Shown piece after piece: positions 1 to 10,194 of a stretch of DNA of 64,000 bases. The translations under genes were made by a program, and so were the position numbers. The notes below the pieces were generated by a model. That model ran no database searches, was not told the DNA's origin, and saw only the letters and a program-made list of their open reading frames with translations. Within the stretch, counting starts at the first letter, position 1; every line of letters begins with the position of its first letter. Where the stretch lies: contig MRSU01001394.1 in assembly GCA_008369845.1 (NCBI GenBank), positions 1 through 64,000 of the forward strand, read 5' to 3'. Source of the DNA: Trichomonas gallinae. Taxonomy: Eukaryota.

Positions 1-28
1 TTTTTTTTTTTTTTTTTTTTTTTTTTTT
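1..28. repeat. T28 homopolymer (poly-A on minus strand), truncated by window edge
   Basis: Directly visible; begins 20 nt after the stop codon of the minus-strand CDS ending at 49. Confidence 0.95.
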
Positions 29-48
29 GTAAATAAACACCATGTTCT

Positions 49-3000
49 TTATTGCGGATCAGCCAGTCCTTGCTGCGCTCTTGGCGTTGGGGACTTTGGG
101 CTGCTTCTCGAAGAATTGAGCGCTGGGAGCTTCGAGCCTCCCTCACTACCAATCGAAGAATTTACTTTTTGCACTCTCGGCTTTCCTCTGCGGTCTTCTA
201 TGACCTTCTGTCTGAGCTTAGCCAGGTCGATATCCCATTTCTGTGCAATCTTCGTCAGCTGAGTAGAGTTCTTCTTCCTAAGCTCAGCCTTCATCTGCGC
301 GTCGCCACTCAAAGCATCTTGCTTCTTCTTCTCGAGGTCCTGCCTCATCTTCTCCTTCCTTTCTAACTGAGCGCGGCGCTCCATCTCTTCACGCTCGAGC
401 ATAGCCATATGCTCATCGTATTCCCTGGCGCGCTCCTTCGCCTGCGCCTCGTTCTTTGCAGCGATTGTGTGCGCGACTCTCTTCCTGAATTCTCTCTTGA
501 TCTGTCCTTCTATTGCCCGTTCTTTGAGCTGCTTGTCGCTTTCCTCTGCTCTCTTAGCGATGACCTCCTCGTGCTGCTTGTTCTTCTCTTCGAACTTCTG
601 GCGCTTCTGCTCTGCGCGCTCCTTTTCGATTTGGTGAATAAATGTCATCGCTTTCTCATGCTTCTCCTCTTCGCGCTTGTGGAGCTCTGCAGTCTTTGCT
701 TCAACATTCTCGCGGTGTTTCTTGAGGATTTCTTGAGTTTTCTCTTCTTTCTTTTCGCTGGCGTCCTTCTTATCCTGAAGCATCTTTTCCTGCTTCTTGC
801 GAAGTTCTTCGAGACGCTGCTCTGCGGCCTCACGCTTTTCCTTGTTCTGTCTCTCTCTTTCGATGTTTTCGCGCTCCTTTCTCTCTTGAAGTTCTTTTTC
901 ACGCTGCTCGATTTTCTTCTTCTGTTCTTCAGCCTTCTTCTTCTTCTCTTCTTCGGCTCTCTCGGCAGCCTTTCTCGCGTTTTCGAGCTTCTGCTTGCGG
1001 ATCTCTTCTTCTTTCTCGAACTGTTCCTTCATCTTCTCTTCGTGAGCTTTTCTCCTCGCGAGATACTCATCCTCTTTCTTCTTGAGCTCAGCCATTCTCG
1101 CGGCGTCTCTCTCGGCTTTTTCTCTGTCAGCAGCTTCCTGCTTCTTGACATTCTCAGCCATTCTTATCCTCTCCTCGCGATGCTTGATCTTGAGCTCTTC
1201 CTCGTATTTCTTCTTCTCCTCAATTTCGCGCTGTCTTTGGGCGTCATTCTCCTCCTGGATGATCTGCTCAGTGATGATTGAAATCATCATCTGCTCGGCC
1301 TCCTTCTTGCTCTTGCGGCGGAGTCTCTCAATTCTTTCTGCCTCGGCCTCTTCGAAACTCTTCTGGTTGCCGCTTCTGTTTGTTTGGCTTGGTTGACTCT
1401 GGCTCATGGAACGAGAAGTTGCCTTAGACTCTGGTGGAGGGATCTTCGCGAGCCTGTCGCACTCCTCTCTGACGAGAGTGCGCATCCTATCTGTTCTCTC
1501 GCAGAGCTGCTTCCTAACTGTTTCGCGAAGATCCTTGTCGCGTGTGTATGCGTAGAGATCCCTGTCATTTGGATAATGAAGTTCTTCTTCCTTGAGACCA
1601 AGGTTATGAATGGCCTCAAGCGTAAGCGGGTCTGTGAAAGGCTCCGGGTTGCCTGGATCGTAGCTTTCGATCGAGATACCTTTGTGCTTCCTGTAGACTT
1701 CGCCGTCGTTTTGCGACTGTGTGCGTGGCTGGACAGGCTGTGTTCTGGCCTGCTTCTTCTGTGCAGGGAATCTTGGCTTCTGTTCTGTTTCGAACGTTTC
1801 CTTGTTCTCTTCGTTATCTTCGCCGTTGTTTTGGTCATTGCCGCCCTCGGCATTGTTTTCATCATCATTCTGCAGCATCTCGCTGAGAGCTGCGCGTGCC
1901 TTGTCTGCGGCGGACTCTTCTCCAGTCTCTGCATCATTCTTCGCCTCGCCTTCCTCGAGCTGCTTGTTAACAGCATCAACAAGGTCAAGCTTCTCTGTGT
2001 TTTCTCCGTCATTCTTCTGTTCTTCTTCCTTCTTTGGTTCTTCTTCATCATTCTTAGCCTCTTCTTCGGCTTCCTTTGCTTCTTCTGGTGTTTCTGTCTC
2101 CTTTACACCATTAGCAACAAGCTTGTCTGCGATACTAGCAACTAATGGATGATCATCTTTCTTCTCTTCATTGCTGCCTTCTTCCTTCTTTTCTTGCTCT
2201 TTCTTTTCTTCTTCCTTCTTTTGCTCTTCCGCCTTCTTGGCTTCTTCTGGGGTCTCTGTCTCCTTTACGCCGTTGGCAACAAGTTTATCAGCAACACCAG
2301 CTAAAAGAGGATTTGGAGCCTCTCTCTCTTCAACATTTTGCTGCTCTTCCTTCTTCTCTTCCACTTTCTTAGCCTCTTCTTCAGCTTTCTTCTGTTCTTC
2401 GGCCTTCTTTGCCTCTTCTTCTTCCTTCTTCTTAGCTTCTTCTTGTGTTTCTGTCTCTTTCAAACCGTTTGCAACGAGCTTGTCTGCAATTCCAGCAAAA
2501 AGTGGGTTTGGCTTATTTTCCTCTTCTTTCTTTTTAGCTTTTTCTTCTGCCTTCTTTTGTTCCTCGGCCTTCTTTGCTTCTTCTTCGGCTTTCTTCTGCT
2601 CTTCAGCTTTCTTTGCCTCTTCTTCGTCCCTCTTCTTTGCTTCTTCTGGTGTTTCTGTCTCTTTCACACCGTTTGCAACAAGTTTGTCTGCAATTCCGGC
2701 AAAAAGTGGATTTGGCTTGTTTTCTTCCTCTTTCTTCTTGGCCTCTTCCTCAGCTTTCTTCTTTGATTCTTCTTCAGCCTTCTTCTGCTCTTCTTCCCTC
2801 TTTTTTGCTTCCTCTGGTGTTTCTGTCTCCTTCACACCGTTGGCTGTGAGCTTGTCAGTGATTCCAGCAAAGAGTGAATTTGGAGCCTCTTGTGGCTTTT
2901 CTTCGGAATTTTTCTCCTTATTTTCGGGATCTATAGTTCTTTCATGAACCTCCTCTTCTTTTAGAGATCCCTGGAGCAAAGCTTTAACATTTTCTGGAAT

Positions 3001-3564
3001 TTCGCTATCAATCGGCTTTTGTTCGTGTTCGTCAAATTTTCTGTCTGAATTCAGAACGCTAGCTTTTGGTGGCGCCGCAGCTTGGGAATTATTTGATTTA
3101 TTTTCATTATTAGTTTCACCTTTAGTTGCAGAAAGTAAACTGCTTAATAATCCTCCGCCGATTATGGAATTGTCGTTGTGCTGGTTTTGCTGATTATTCG
3201 AAGTATTTTGTTGGCCGTTATTTGCATTTTGTTGATTTCCATTGTTATTATTATCGTTATTTGCGGCTTTATTCTCCTCAGATGGAGCAAGCAGCTTATC
3301 TGCTAGTTTTGTAGCTTTTTTATCAGTATTATTTTTCTCTTCTTCTGCTTTATTATTTGCTTCAGCAACAATGCTGCTACCTTCACTGATGAAAGAAGAT
3401 TTTTGCTCTGATAAATTGTCTACTTTCGACGGTTCATCTTCAAAATCGTTGAAGCTCGACTCATTTATGATGTCACTTGCGCCCTTCGATATCTCCGCGG
3501 CGAGGTTTGGTTTGCTGGTCTCGTCCTCGATGAAATCGTCAGATGGATCGTTGTTGTTAGACAT
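49..3564 (-). CDS. Large E/K-rich coiled-coil protein with internal peptide repeats (probable cytoskeletal/structural protein)
   Basis: 1171-aa ORF from ATG; N/Q-rich N-terminus, five LxAxIADKLVANGVKETETPEEAK-type repeats, long charged coiled-coil C-terminal half. Confidence 0.85.
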   Translation of the reverse strand: MSNNNDPSDDFIEDETSKPNLAAEISKGASDIINESSFNDFEDEPSKVDNLSEQKSSFISEGSSIVAEANNKAEEEKNNTDKKATKLADKLLAPSEENKAANNDNNNNGNQQNANNGQQNTSNNQQNQHNDNSIIGGGLLSSLLSATKGETNNENKSNNSQAAAPPKASVLNSDRKFDEHEQKPIDSEIPENVKALLQGSLKEEEVHERTIDPENKEKNSEEKPQEAPNSLFAGITDKLTANGVKETETPEEAKKREEEQKKAEEESKKKAEEEAKKKEEENKPNPLFAGIADKLVANGVKETETPEEAKKRDEEEAKKAEEQKKAEEEAKKAEEQKKAEEKAKKKEEENKPNPLFAGIADKLVANGLKETETQEEAKKKEEEEAKKAEEQKKAEEEAKKVEEKKEEQQNVEEREAPNPLLAGVADKLVANGVKETETPEEAKKAEEQKKEEEKKEQEKKEEGSNEEKKDDHPLVASIADKLVANGVKETETPEEAKEAEEEAKNDEEEPKKEEEQKNDGENTEKLDLVDAVNKQLEEGEAKNDAETGEESAADKARAALSEMLQNDDENNAEGGNDQNNGEDNEENKETFETEQKPRFPAQKKQARTQPVQPRTQSQNDGEVYRKHKGISIESYDPGNPEPFTDPLTLEAIHNLGLKEEELHYPNDRDLYAYTRDKDLRETVRKQLCERTDRMRTLVREECDRLAKIPPPESKATSRSMSQSQPSQTNRSGNQKSFEEAEAERIERLRRKSKKEAEQMMISIITEQIIQEENDAQRQREIEEKKKYEEELKIKHREERIRMAENVKKQEAADREKAERDAARMAELKKKEDEYLARRKAHEEKMKEQFEKEEEIRKQKLENARKAAERAEEEKKKKAEEQKKKIEQREKELQERKERENIERERQNKEKREAAEQRLEELRKKQEKMLQDKKDASEKKEEKTQEILKKHRENVEAKTAELHKREEEKHEKAMTFIHQIEKERAEQKRQKFEEKNKQHEEVIAKRAEESDKQLKERAIEGQIKREFRKRVAHTIAAKNEAQAKERAREYDEHMAMLEREEMERRAQLERKEKMRQDLEKKKQDALSGDAQMKAELRKKNSTQLTKIAQKWDIDLAKLRQKVIEDRRGKPRVQKVNSSIGSEGGSKLPALNSSRSSPKSPTPRAQQGLADPQ
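2076..2890 (-). repeat. Five dispersed ~80-bp coding repeats (NPLFAGIADKLVANGVKETETPEEAKK) separated by EEAKK-rich spacers
   Basis: Copies at about 2076, 2235, 2431, 2635 and 2803 share a tttctgtctc...gcaac..g.tt.tc.gc core. Confidence 0.9.
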
Positions 3565-3645
3565 TTAAATTCCGCGCAAATTTAACGTGCGAAACCGTTG
3601 GGGAAAAAACGAATAAAAAAATCTTATCGAAAAAAAAATTTACCT

Positions 3646-5388
3646 CTATGCAGTATTATCTGGTGAGTATATCAGCTCTTCCATGTTTTTCCAAGCTTCT
3701 CTTGGCCAATTTTCATGGATAAATTCTATCGCATCTCGACCTCTTTGGTCAATGTTTGTCGTTTCTGTGTTATACTTCATGAGCATAACAATGGATTCCA
3801 TTTTACCCAGGTGTATCGCGTACGAAAGAGGGAGAAAGCCTTTTTCGTCTCTTATGTTTGGATTTGCACCGTGATTCAATAAAATAATCATTGAAGAAAT
3901 GCTTGAAACTCTTATCGACTCCATTAGAGGTGTCCTCATATGAGAGTCTAGGGCGTTAACATCTGCTCCATGCTGAATAAGCAGCTCAACAACATCAGGA
4001 TAAGGCTGTGCAGCATGAATTGCCATTCGCATTTTATAGTTCGGTTTATTGACATCCCAGCCTTTTTCTATCAGATATTTTACGGCTTCATAGTTGCCTA
4101 ACTTAGCAGTAAACACAAAAATATTGCTGTCATTTAGTATATTAGTTGTCTTAAGCCAGTAGTCTACGATGACTTTGAATGCGTTGGCGTTGTTACTTTT
4201 CGAGATATAATTTATAATGCCATCGTTGATATCCCATAATGGATAAATTCCTTTCTCAAGCAAATACTGAAGTATATCCATCATATCTATCATGATGCAG
4301 AACCTTAAGGCTTTCAGATGGTTTGTAATTACAAAGTGCCTCTCAACAATGAGTTTCACGGCTTCAAAAACCCTGCTAGACAATGCAAGCATGAGAACAT
4401 CTGACCCATTTGCATCTTTTGCATCTATATTTGCACCTGCATCGAGAAGCAAACTCATTATCGGCCAGCACCCATTCTTGGCAGCAATAAGAAGCGGTGT
4501 TATCTTCGATGGAAGAACCTCCACATTAGGGTGTGCGTTATTCCTCAACAAATCTTTGACTATCTCTGTATTATACAGATATGCAGCAGCAACTAATGGA
4601 GGGGGTTTTCTTACTTCTGAAGTATTGACATCTGGTTTGCTATTCATTATATCCATGAAAAGTGATGTGTTCAAGTACCTAATAGCATCTACCAGACTTA
4701 GTTGACAGTTTGGAAAATTTTTTCGAATCATTTCGATCATTCCGGCTCTATGATGTATCACAGCAAAGCTGATCATTTTCTCATCGAGTGCTTGATTTCC
4801 CCCACATTTATCTAAAATCTCGAAACAGCCACCGCAGATAGCGTTTATCGCCGTTTCAGAGTTTGGGATTCCGCCGTGCTGAATGATAAAATTAAAAACG
4901 TTCGGGGAGCCAACATAAGCAGCATAATTGAGAAGTGAGAAACTTCCTTGATAGAGTGGTTCGAGTGGGATGCGAAGCTGTGGATTATATGGCTGAGCCT
5001 CGAATAATTCTTGCAATTCTTGGACATCATCCCACAAAATTGCATGTTGCAAACTTTTCTTAGGATAAATTGATGATAACTCTTCTATTGATTGAGTAGT
5101 TTCTTTCTTTGATGAATTTTTGCGACGTCTTTTAATAATTTGAAATATATGAGAATTTCTTGCATCATGACGACACAATATTTTATCAATAATAGATCCT
5201 AATAATGTTGATAAATTATATAAATTTCTAGGTCTATAAATCGCTGCTGTATTAATAACTTCATAAGCAATATCATAAATACAAGGTATTTTAACAGATA
5301 AATCATTAATAGTTTTTAGTGTGAACTCAGTATGCTCATCATCACAGTTCCAAATCATGTTTTCAACATCTACTATTTCATTTAGCAT
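3646..5388 (-). CDS. Ankyrin-repeat protein with DUF3447-like N-terminal region
   Basis: AILWDDVQEL, LLNYAAYVGS, AICGG motifs followed by ankyrin repeats (TPLLIAAKNG, LLDAGANIDAKD, LIQHGADVNALD). Confidence 0.9.
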   Translation of the reverse strand: MLNEIVDVENMIWNCDDEHTEFTLKTINDLSVKIPCIYDIAYEVINTAAIYRPRNLYNLSTLLGSIIDKILCRHDARNSHIFQIIKRRRKNSSKKETTQSIEELSSIYPKKSLQHAILWDDVQELQELFEAQPYNPQLRIPLEPLYQGSFSLLNYAAYVGSPNVFNFIIQHGGIPNSETAINAICGGCFEILDKCGGNQALDEKMISFAVIHHRAGMIEMIRKNFPNCQLSLVDAIRYLNTSLFMDIMNSKPDVNTSEVRKPPPLVAAAYLYNTEIVKDLLRNNAHPNVEVLPSKITPLLIAAKNGCWPIMSLLLDAGANIDAKDANGSDVLMLALSSRVFEAVKLIVERHFVITNHLKALRFCIMIDMMDILQYLLEKGIYPLWDINDGIINYISKSNNANAFKVIVDYWLKTTNILNDSNIFVFTAKLGNYEAVKYLIEKGWDVNKPNYKMRMAIHAAQPYPDVVELLIQHGADVNALDSHMRTPLMESIRVSSISSMIILLNHGANPNIRDEKGFLPLSYAIHLGKMESIVMLMKYNTETTNIDQRGRDAIEFIHENWPREAWKNMEELIYSPDNTA

Positions 5389-5393
5389 AAATA

Positions 5394-5403
5394 AAAAAGT
5401 GAC
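5394..5403 (-). promoter_or_regulatory. Initiator-like GTCACTTTTT just upstream of ATG 5388
   Basis: Minus strand reads AAGTCACTTTTTTATTTATG; matches trichomonad Inr TCA(C/T)T. Confidence 0.6.
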
Positions 5404-5621
5404 TTATTCGAATTCTCGAAAACTCTTTAAAATTTACTCATTGTGTTTTCCTGCGTCTAAAAATTATAGAAAAACTAGATTTGGCCGTTAATTATAATTT
5501 CAAAAAATAAAATATCAACATACAACCATAAGGATTTAATACAAACAAACTACATATAAAATATAATATAAACGCATAGTATATTGTTCGAAACAAACAA
5601 TATAAAAAAAATACAATAAAT

Positions 5622-6431
5622 CTACTGATAAACATTTGATTGTGCGAGTAGCTTCTTTTCATCTTCAAATTCTGAATGCTGCAAGTTTCCTTTGCTTAAG
5701 CATGAAAATGTTATAATATTTGTTATGTCAATTCCGGTTTGGAGACATGCACCAATTAAAAAAGCATAATGTGCATGACTGAAAGTAAACATTACAATCT
5801 TTAAGACATCTCCGATCATGTATTGGCAAAGCAGAATTGTTGAAATACCTGCAATATCATGATCATAGACTATCCTTTTGAACTGTGGAAATGTCACTGT
5901 TGTTTCAACCATAGTTGAGATAAAGATCGCGATCGAATTAATTTTTGAATGCGAAAACGTAATGCAAAGTATTATATATACTGTAACTATGATTAATGCA
6001 TAACTTATTAGCGAGCATACGTAATCAATTGAAGAAGATGCATTGAATACGTTCCAAATTTTAGATAAATTTGGTTTTAATCTCTGAAATCCCGACTGAT
6101 ATTGTAATTTCTGCAAATGAACGTATCTAAATGAGCATATTCCCATAACTATTTGCAAAGAAAATACAAGAATCGACTGGCCGAGCAGATATGGGATGAA
6201 AGGCTCACTGATCCAGTACAGTAGTCGTATAAAATTTGCGCTGAGTAGGATGAGAGACGATGGTAGATTGTAGACGCGCGGGTCCTTCATCGTTATCAGC
6301 TTTCTAAACTGATCGAAATACCCAATCGTCGGCCCCATGATCACAACCCCTGTCATCATGTAGTACGGCAAGTTAGGAATGTACTGAAACACCTGCGTGG
6401 AGATAAAATCGAGGGAAAACAGGGCGCTCAT
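5622..6431 (-). CDS. PQ-loop (SLC66A2/PQLC1, Any1-like) membrane protein
   Basis: Multiple TM helices, GYFDQF and TFPQF loops, ANFIRLLYW and IGDVLK motifs; start set at first ATG (6431) rather than the GTG at 6473. Confidence 0.75.
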   Translation of the reverse strand: MSALFSLDFISTQVFQYIPNLPYYMMTGVVIMGPTIGYFDQFRKLITMKDPRVYNLPSSLILLSANFIRLLYWISEPFIPYLLGQSILVFSLQIVMGICSFRYVHLQKLQYQSGFQRLKPNLSKIWNVFNASSSIDYVCSLISYALIIVTVYIILCITFSHSKINSIAIFISTMVETTVTFPQFKRIVYDHDIAGISTILLCQYMIGDVLKIVMFTFSHAHYAFLIGACLQTGIDITNIITFSCLSKGNLQHSEFEDEKKLLAQSNVYQ

Positions 6432-6512
6432 GATGTCACTTTTTCCGCTCACATCAAAATTCAATGGTGGCACTTTTTATCTCAATTATCAGTTCATAAA
6501 AAAATAAACTTT

Positions 6513-8741
6513 TTATTTCTTCAATTTCATACATGCTTCGTGGAATGCTCTCGCGTGATCGTGGATCCTATTTGCTTTATCCTCCAACTCGTTCAGCTTT
6601 TCGCTCCTCTGCTGAGCGATAACTAAAAGCTCCTGCATCATCTGGCCCGTCTCTGAAATATTTTTAGAGACAGATGATGTGGCCTTCGATCTCTTGAAAC
6701 CGAACTTTTCGTCAGCTTCTTCTGTAGTTGGGGCCGTGTTCTTGTTGATGAGACCGAAGAAACTCTTCTTCTGAGGAATTGCGAGAGCAGCGGTGTTGAG
6801 ATCGACGAATCGAGGAGGAATGTGGTTGTTGGAATAAATGACCGTGCCGTAGCTATCCGACGCGATCAAGCCGTAGTTTTCGATCATGACGATCGAATAG
6901 TCATTCGACAATGCGAGCTTGCCGAGGTGCTTCAGGGTGAAATCTGGGAGCGGGAGAATGATGGTGAAATTCTTGGAGCACATGAGGAGGCCTCCCCATG
7001 CAAGAATGCTAGCGCGCTCAATGTTGTCGCTGTTCTTATCTCTCCTGATCTTCTTCATTCCATCTGCGGCGTCGAAAAGGAGGATGAGCTTCTTGGTAAG
7101 GACAAGGAGGTACTGTCCTTCTGGGTCTGCGCGGCCTTGCTCGTTGATGCAGTCTATGAGAATGTACTGGTCGTCCTTGTCAAAACCTTCATATTTGTCT
7201 CCGTTGTAGATAATTGAGTTGTCGTTCATTATGAAGCACTCCTTGCCTTGGACAAACAAAGCGTGATGAACATCATCTCCGAAACTTGGAGAAAACTCCT
7301 GCGTTCCTTCAGTGGGAACGAATGTGGTCATATCTTGGCTGCGAAGCTGCGGGAACTGGTCACAAAATACGTTAATTGTATTTTGATAACAAATAGCGCG
7401 GACTTTTTCTTTTCCTTCAACGACTCTAGTGACACTGAATTTATTAGCATCAACAATATCGATAGCAAGAGGAGAAATGCAAACAAATTTGCCTTCTTTG
7501 AAGGTTTTAGGAAAAACGGCATCTATTTTGTGCACGCCAACGTAGCCATTTCTCTTCAAAGTATGTATATTAAACGAGTTGTCATCAATCTTTTCGGCAA
7601 CATATATTGTATCATCATATTCGTATGAAATGCATTTTTCGAAGTCAAAAAATGGTGGGAAAAGAGGGAACTCTTCAACCACATCTTTAACTTTATAAAA
7701 CTTTCCGTCTGTAGATATAACAGTGATAGTTAAAATTCCATTTCTATCGAAATAGGATTTTCCGTATTCGACTGCGACACCTGGTGCAAGTCTTACTCCA
7801 TCTGGGAGAGAAATTCTGCGGCTTCCGATCATAATTGAATCAAAATTATCTGATCTGATGATTGTAAACTGCTGCTCGCTTTCAATCATCGTAGTGTAAA
7901 TTGCCTTTTCTCCTTCTTCAAGTTTTTGTGTAGATGTTGTTTTGTTTCCTTTAATAACGCGTGGTATTCCATCAACTCCAATTGATGCAGCGTAATCATC
8001 GAAATAGTCGAATTCTTGAATATTCTGTGATGAATACTTGTCAACTTCCATCGAATCAATATCTAATGTTTCAATTTCGTCGTGAGCAATATAATATGTC
8101 ATGCCAAGAGGGCAGCTCAGAGCCTTAACCGGCTTTCCTTCGAATATATTAACATAAAAGTCTGTAAATTTCATCTTTTCGAGCGAAAATCCCAATAAAG
8201 CACCAGTCGACATCAAAATCATTGCGAAGTTTGGCGTTGAAGGTGAAACCACCAGTTCAACTATGTTCTCCTTAAGAGAAATGATGCGAGGTATGATTCT
8301 ATCTTCAGTAACAACCCAATGAGCAACAACTGAATCGCTGCGGAAATGTCTTTTATTCTTGAATGAATTCTTGTCTCCATCATCATATATGTTTAGTAGC
8401 TGGTTTGGATGGTTATTATATGTATATTGCGAGTAAACAGATACGAAAGAGCTTGTATTTGGGCAACTGTATAGTCTGCATATCGCAGTCGGCGCCCCAT
8501 CCTTTGATGCTAAAATTTGGTTATCTTGATTTATTACATATAATCTTCCAATGGAGTTTCCGAAAGCAATCAACTTATATCTTGGTTCAATTGCAATTGA
8601 TGTCACTTCAGCTGATCTGGCCAACTCATATGTTTCGAGATCCGTGCTTGATTGCTCTTCTGTCGGTCCAGGCAGTGGTTTTCCAAATATTCTCGACAAC
8701 ATGAAAATTTTATCTATCGTCCAAAATTTTCTGTCAACCAT
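6513..8741 (-). CDS. Tomosyn/Lgl-like protein (WD40 N-terminus, C-terminal R-SNARE motif)
   Basis: VTSIAIEPRYKLIAFGNSIGRLYV WD blade; C-terminal QQRSEKLNELEDKANRIHDHARAF heptads with central Arg. The true start may be ATG 8702. Confidence 0.7.
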   Translation of the reverse strand: MVDRKFWTIDKIFMLSRIFGKPLPGPTEEQSSTDLETYELARSAEVTSIAIEPRYKLIAFGNSIGRLYVINQDNQILASKDGAPTAICRLYSCPNTSSFVSVYSQYTYNNHPNQLLNIYDDGDKNSFKNKRHFRSDSVVAHWVVTEDRIIPRIISLKENIVELVVSPSTPNFAMILMSTGALLGFSLEKMKFTDFYVNIFEGKPVKALSCPLGMTYYIAHDEIETLDIDSMEVDKYSSQNIQEFDYFDDYAASIGVDGIPRVIKGNKTTSTQKLEEGEKAIYTTMIESEQQFTIIRSDNFDSIMIGSRRISLPDGVRLAPGVAVEYGKSYFDRNGILTITVISTDGKFYKVKDVVEEFPLFPPFFDFEKCISYEYDDTIYVAEKIDDNSFNIHTLKRNGYVGVHKIDAVFPKTFKEGKFVCISPLAIDIVDANKFSVTRVVEGKEKVRAICYQNTINVFCDQFPQLRSQDMTTFVPTEGTQEFSPSFGDDVHHALFVQGKECFIMNDNSIIYNGDKYEGFDKDDQYILIDCINEQGRADPEGQYLLVLTKKLILLFDAADGMKKIRRDKNSDNIERASILAWGGLLMCSKNFTIILPLPDFTLKHLGKLALSNDYSIVMIENYGLIASDSYGTVIYSNNHIPPRFVDLNTAALAIPQKKSFFGLINKNTAPTTEEADEKFGFKRSKATSSVSKNISETGQMMQELLVIAQQRSEKLNELEDKANRIHDHARAFHEACMKLKK

Positions 8742-9693
8742 TTTTGCTCAGCATATATTAAAAACAAATATCAAAAAACAAGATAAAATATGTCACTTTT
8801 TGTTTGAAAAAAGTACACGTATCAACCTCAAATCAGTCGAATATTACATACCAACGATGTATAAACGCTGAATACAAAATAAAAATTGTTATTTGTTGTT
8901 TAACAAATCAGATAATTGAAACCAAATCAAAAAGCAAAGGAGAATTCATGCGTATAATCAAATTAAGATGGTGATGATTACAGATTTGAGAGGAGGAAAC
9001 AAAAATATTATATTTGCCAATGTAAATTTTTTACATTTCAGGTAATGATCCGTAATTTTGACGTATCGAAAACCAAAAAATATCTAGTTATGTGCAGATT
9101 AAAGAATCTAAATGATCAAAAAAACTAGAGAAAGAATTAAATGGTGCAAGTAATGACCAAATATAAACATCTCTCAAAAAGTTATATTTTTGTGAAGGCA
9201 TGACAGAAAAATTAAGAAATGATATTGTAGAAGAACATATATACAACCGAATTTCTAAATTATTTTTTTCTAGAGACGCAAAATTTTGAATTAAATAAGA
9301 ATGAGAATATGTTTATATCGTGAACAAGTGTCAAATTACATCATCTTCGATTTCATATTCAAAAAAACCTCGCACTATACAAAAGTTGACAAATACGTAT
9401 ATTCATAAATCCTATCGAGAATATAACAAATTTTCGAGGCTGTAGACGATGAATGCGTCAGAAATATTGAGATGAATATTTATGTCTAACGTGATTTATT
9501 GATATCTATATCTCATGGAGTATATTAAAATATGCAAAAATTCGTTGAGACAAAAGAACACTAAAACAACACAAAGACCAAGTAAAATTTATAGGATGAA
9601 CATTTCTTCCATTATCCGCCCGAAAATCACTTTTGAATGGGTAAAGTTTAAAGAAAATTCAGAGCTCCTGTCAGAAACAAATATTTTTCTCAA

Positions 9694-10194
9694 ATGTCTT
9701 CATCCCGTCCGCACAAACAGAAATGGAGCGCTTCTGAAGATGCCGCTCTTATTGCTGCAGTTAAAAAGCTCGGAACCAAGTCATGGAAGGATATTTCCGA
9801 TCTTGTCCCCGGACGGTCAGGTAAACAATGTAGGGAGCGCTATACAGGTCAATTAGCTCCATCGATTTCAAAAGAAATCTGGACATCAGACGAAGATGAG
9901 GCACTTATATCTGCTCAAAAGATTCATGGAAATAGATGGGCATTAATATCCAAGATCTTAACAGGACGTTCCTCAATTTCTGTTAAAAATCGTTGGGGAT
10001 GGATCCAGAGACATGGTATTCTCAAAAAGAATCACGGCGATAACGAAAAAACTAATCAAATTCAGGAAATATCTCCAGAAACAATTGGACCAAATGTAAA
10101 TCGCGACCACACATATTTCGTCCCACTTGAAGTTCCAAATCCTTCTCTCTTTGGAGACGGTTTCCTTCAATTCCAAAAAGCTCTTAGTATATAA
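9694..10194 (+). CDS. R2R3 Myb-like DNA-binding protein
   Basis: KWSASED, GRSGKQCRERY, WTSDED, GNRWALI and VKNRW repeats. Confidence 0.95.
   Translation: MSSSRPHKQKWSASEDAALIAAVKKLGTKSWKDISDLVPGRSGKQCRERYTGQLAPSISKEIWTSDEDEALISAQKIHGNRWALISKILTGRSSISVKNRWGWIQRHGILKKNHGDNEKTNQIQEISPETIGPNVNRDHTYFVPLEVPNPSLFGDGFLQFQKALSI

Noticed and set aside
52..3568. Long plus-strand L/F/S-rich ORFs (e.g. 409..1281, 1384..2145, 2171..2947)
   Set aside because: Antisense shadows of the GAA/AAG-rich coiled-coil gene
9515..9856. 113-aa ORF overlapping the Myb gene
   Set aside because: Different frame over promoter sequence, no recognisable motifs
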